A DNA stretch of 61,275 bases, counting the filler, from Asterionella formosa (taxonomy: Eukaryota), in NCBI GenBank assembly GCA_002256025.1. It is 16 parts of 16 records of this genome, joined end to end, with 100 filler letters (N's around TTAATTAATTAA, not from the genome) between each part and the next. Parts side by side here need not be neighbours in the genome. Positions count along the whole stretch, not along the records: positions 57,554 to 61,275 come from NKIB01013949.1; 15 more parts are not named here. One strand, given 5' to 3'. Positions 60,101 to 61,275 of this stretch are shown here, in pieces. Numbering within the stretch: position 1 is the stretch's first letter; each line of letters opens with the position of its first letter. Both the position numbers and the translations under genes were made by a program. The notes under the pieces were generated by a model. It worked only from the letters and a program-made list of their open reading frames with translations. It did no database searches and was not told where the DNA came from.

Positions 60101-61275
60101 CTCCCTGTAATGGCAACGAAATTATGGCAGAAGACCTCGAATGCATAAGAAATCCACGCACAAGTGATTGAGTGTCGTTTGTTGGCACAAGTGCAATTTT
60201 TAGTTAGTTTAAATGTACCTTTAAAAATTAGTTGTGAAACATAGATGTAATCCTCACATCCCTCCACACCTTACTCTACAATCAACCAGTCTTGGCATCA
60301 TGTAGGACAACTATCATGACTGTAGTTGAATTTGTAATCTTGCTGTTGTCATCATGGTGATGTGTGATTGGGCTCATGGTTGGTTGCTGCGTTTTTTGTT
60401 TCATACTCATCAACAATATTTGCCATGCCGCCAGCTTTTATGACATATTTATGTTGATTGTATTATAGGGTTTATATATAGCGATGAAGAATGTCTATGT
60501 ACAAAAAAGAGTATTCGAAAAGGATTTTATGTACGAACCAATGCGCAAATTTCTACTGCTTTAAATATTTCAAATAAAATCATGTCATTCAAAATTGGTA
60601 CATAAAAAATTCTTAGTTCCAGGGGATTTCGGCAACCCTAAGCAATATTTTAATATTTGCCTTAGGGTTGAAATGCAGGAAATACTGTGTATTTATACAT
60701 GACCGACGATACATGTACATAGTGGACATCACATACAGCTGCCATAATGAACGAAGAATAATAATTTGTCCGAGTCTTTTTGTTCCTACGACTTGTTCTG
60801 CCAGCGTTTTGAACGGTTTGACAAACGACGGACATCAACTATAGATCTTGGGGAGGAGCTGTTGCCTACACACGAGGTAAGTTGAGGTTACGTATCAGGC
60901 CTACACCACATGTATAACAAATACCCGGTATAGTACATATACCGGTAAACAGGTAATACGGAATTATAACAAAGATCTTATTTTCAAATAGCCTTTTCGG
61001 TGATGAGTACAAGGGAGCAGTTCTAAAATAGGTAAACCGCATGTCAAAGAATGCCGAATCGCCCTTATCATTGAAAAGTTGCTTTGTTCGATCAAGAAGT
61101 CTTGCTGAGCCCGCCCGAGAAAGAAGGACAGGCAAACTTCTTGTTTATGGCTTTGACGAGATTGCTTCATAATAGCTGCGATGTTCCATGACTCTCTTCC
61201 TGAGTAGCCCTGAATAAACGATATTGCTCTTTTTGTCACGGTTTCCCTGGCTCTTAGAAAGTTGATGTTTGAGCC

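Overview
This is eukaryotic DNA, most likely from a diatom (inferred from an ASAF-type plastid signal, CoDi-like Copia elements and Ambal-like LINEs). It is not one locus. It is 16 short contigs of about 3.72-3.75 kb, roughly sorted by decreasing length and joined by an artificial 100-bp spacer (44 N + TTAATTAATTAA + 44 N), so nothing is linked across spacers. Intact host genes include an ankyrin-repeat protein, an SDR, a ZIP/ZupT transporter, GGTase-I beta, a PhyH-type dioxygenase, the 3' end of an ABCB transporter and several hypothetical or partial genes. Much of the rest is decayed mobile DNA: Copia, Gypsy, Penelope-like RT, LINE, a Ginger-like integrase and pogo. There are also two LRR arrays and several satellites. 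The best leads are: (1) a cryptic spliced, frameshifted gene joining a GNAT-like acetyltransferase to a long Lys/Ala-rich region; (2) an unclassified intron-containing repeat family present in three contigs; (3) back-to-back inverted LRR arrays with constant DNA cores and variable middles; (4) a pogo remnant beside a convergent Cys-rich, possibly HIRAN-like gene; (5) a two-frame Penelope-like element; (6) GGTACC-palindrome clusters upstream of host genes. All family calls come from motif recognition by eye; no searches were run.
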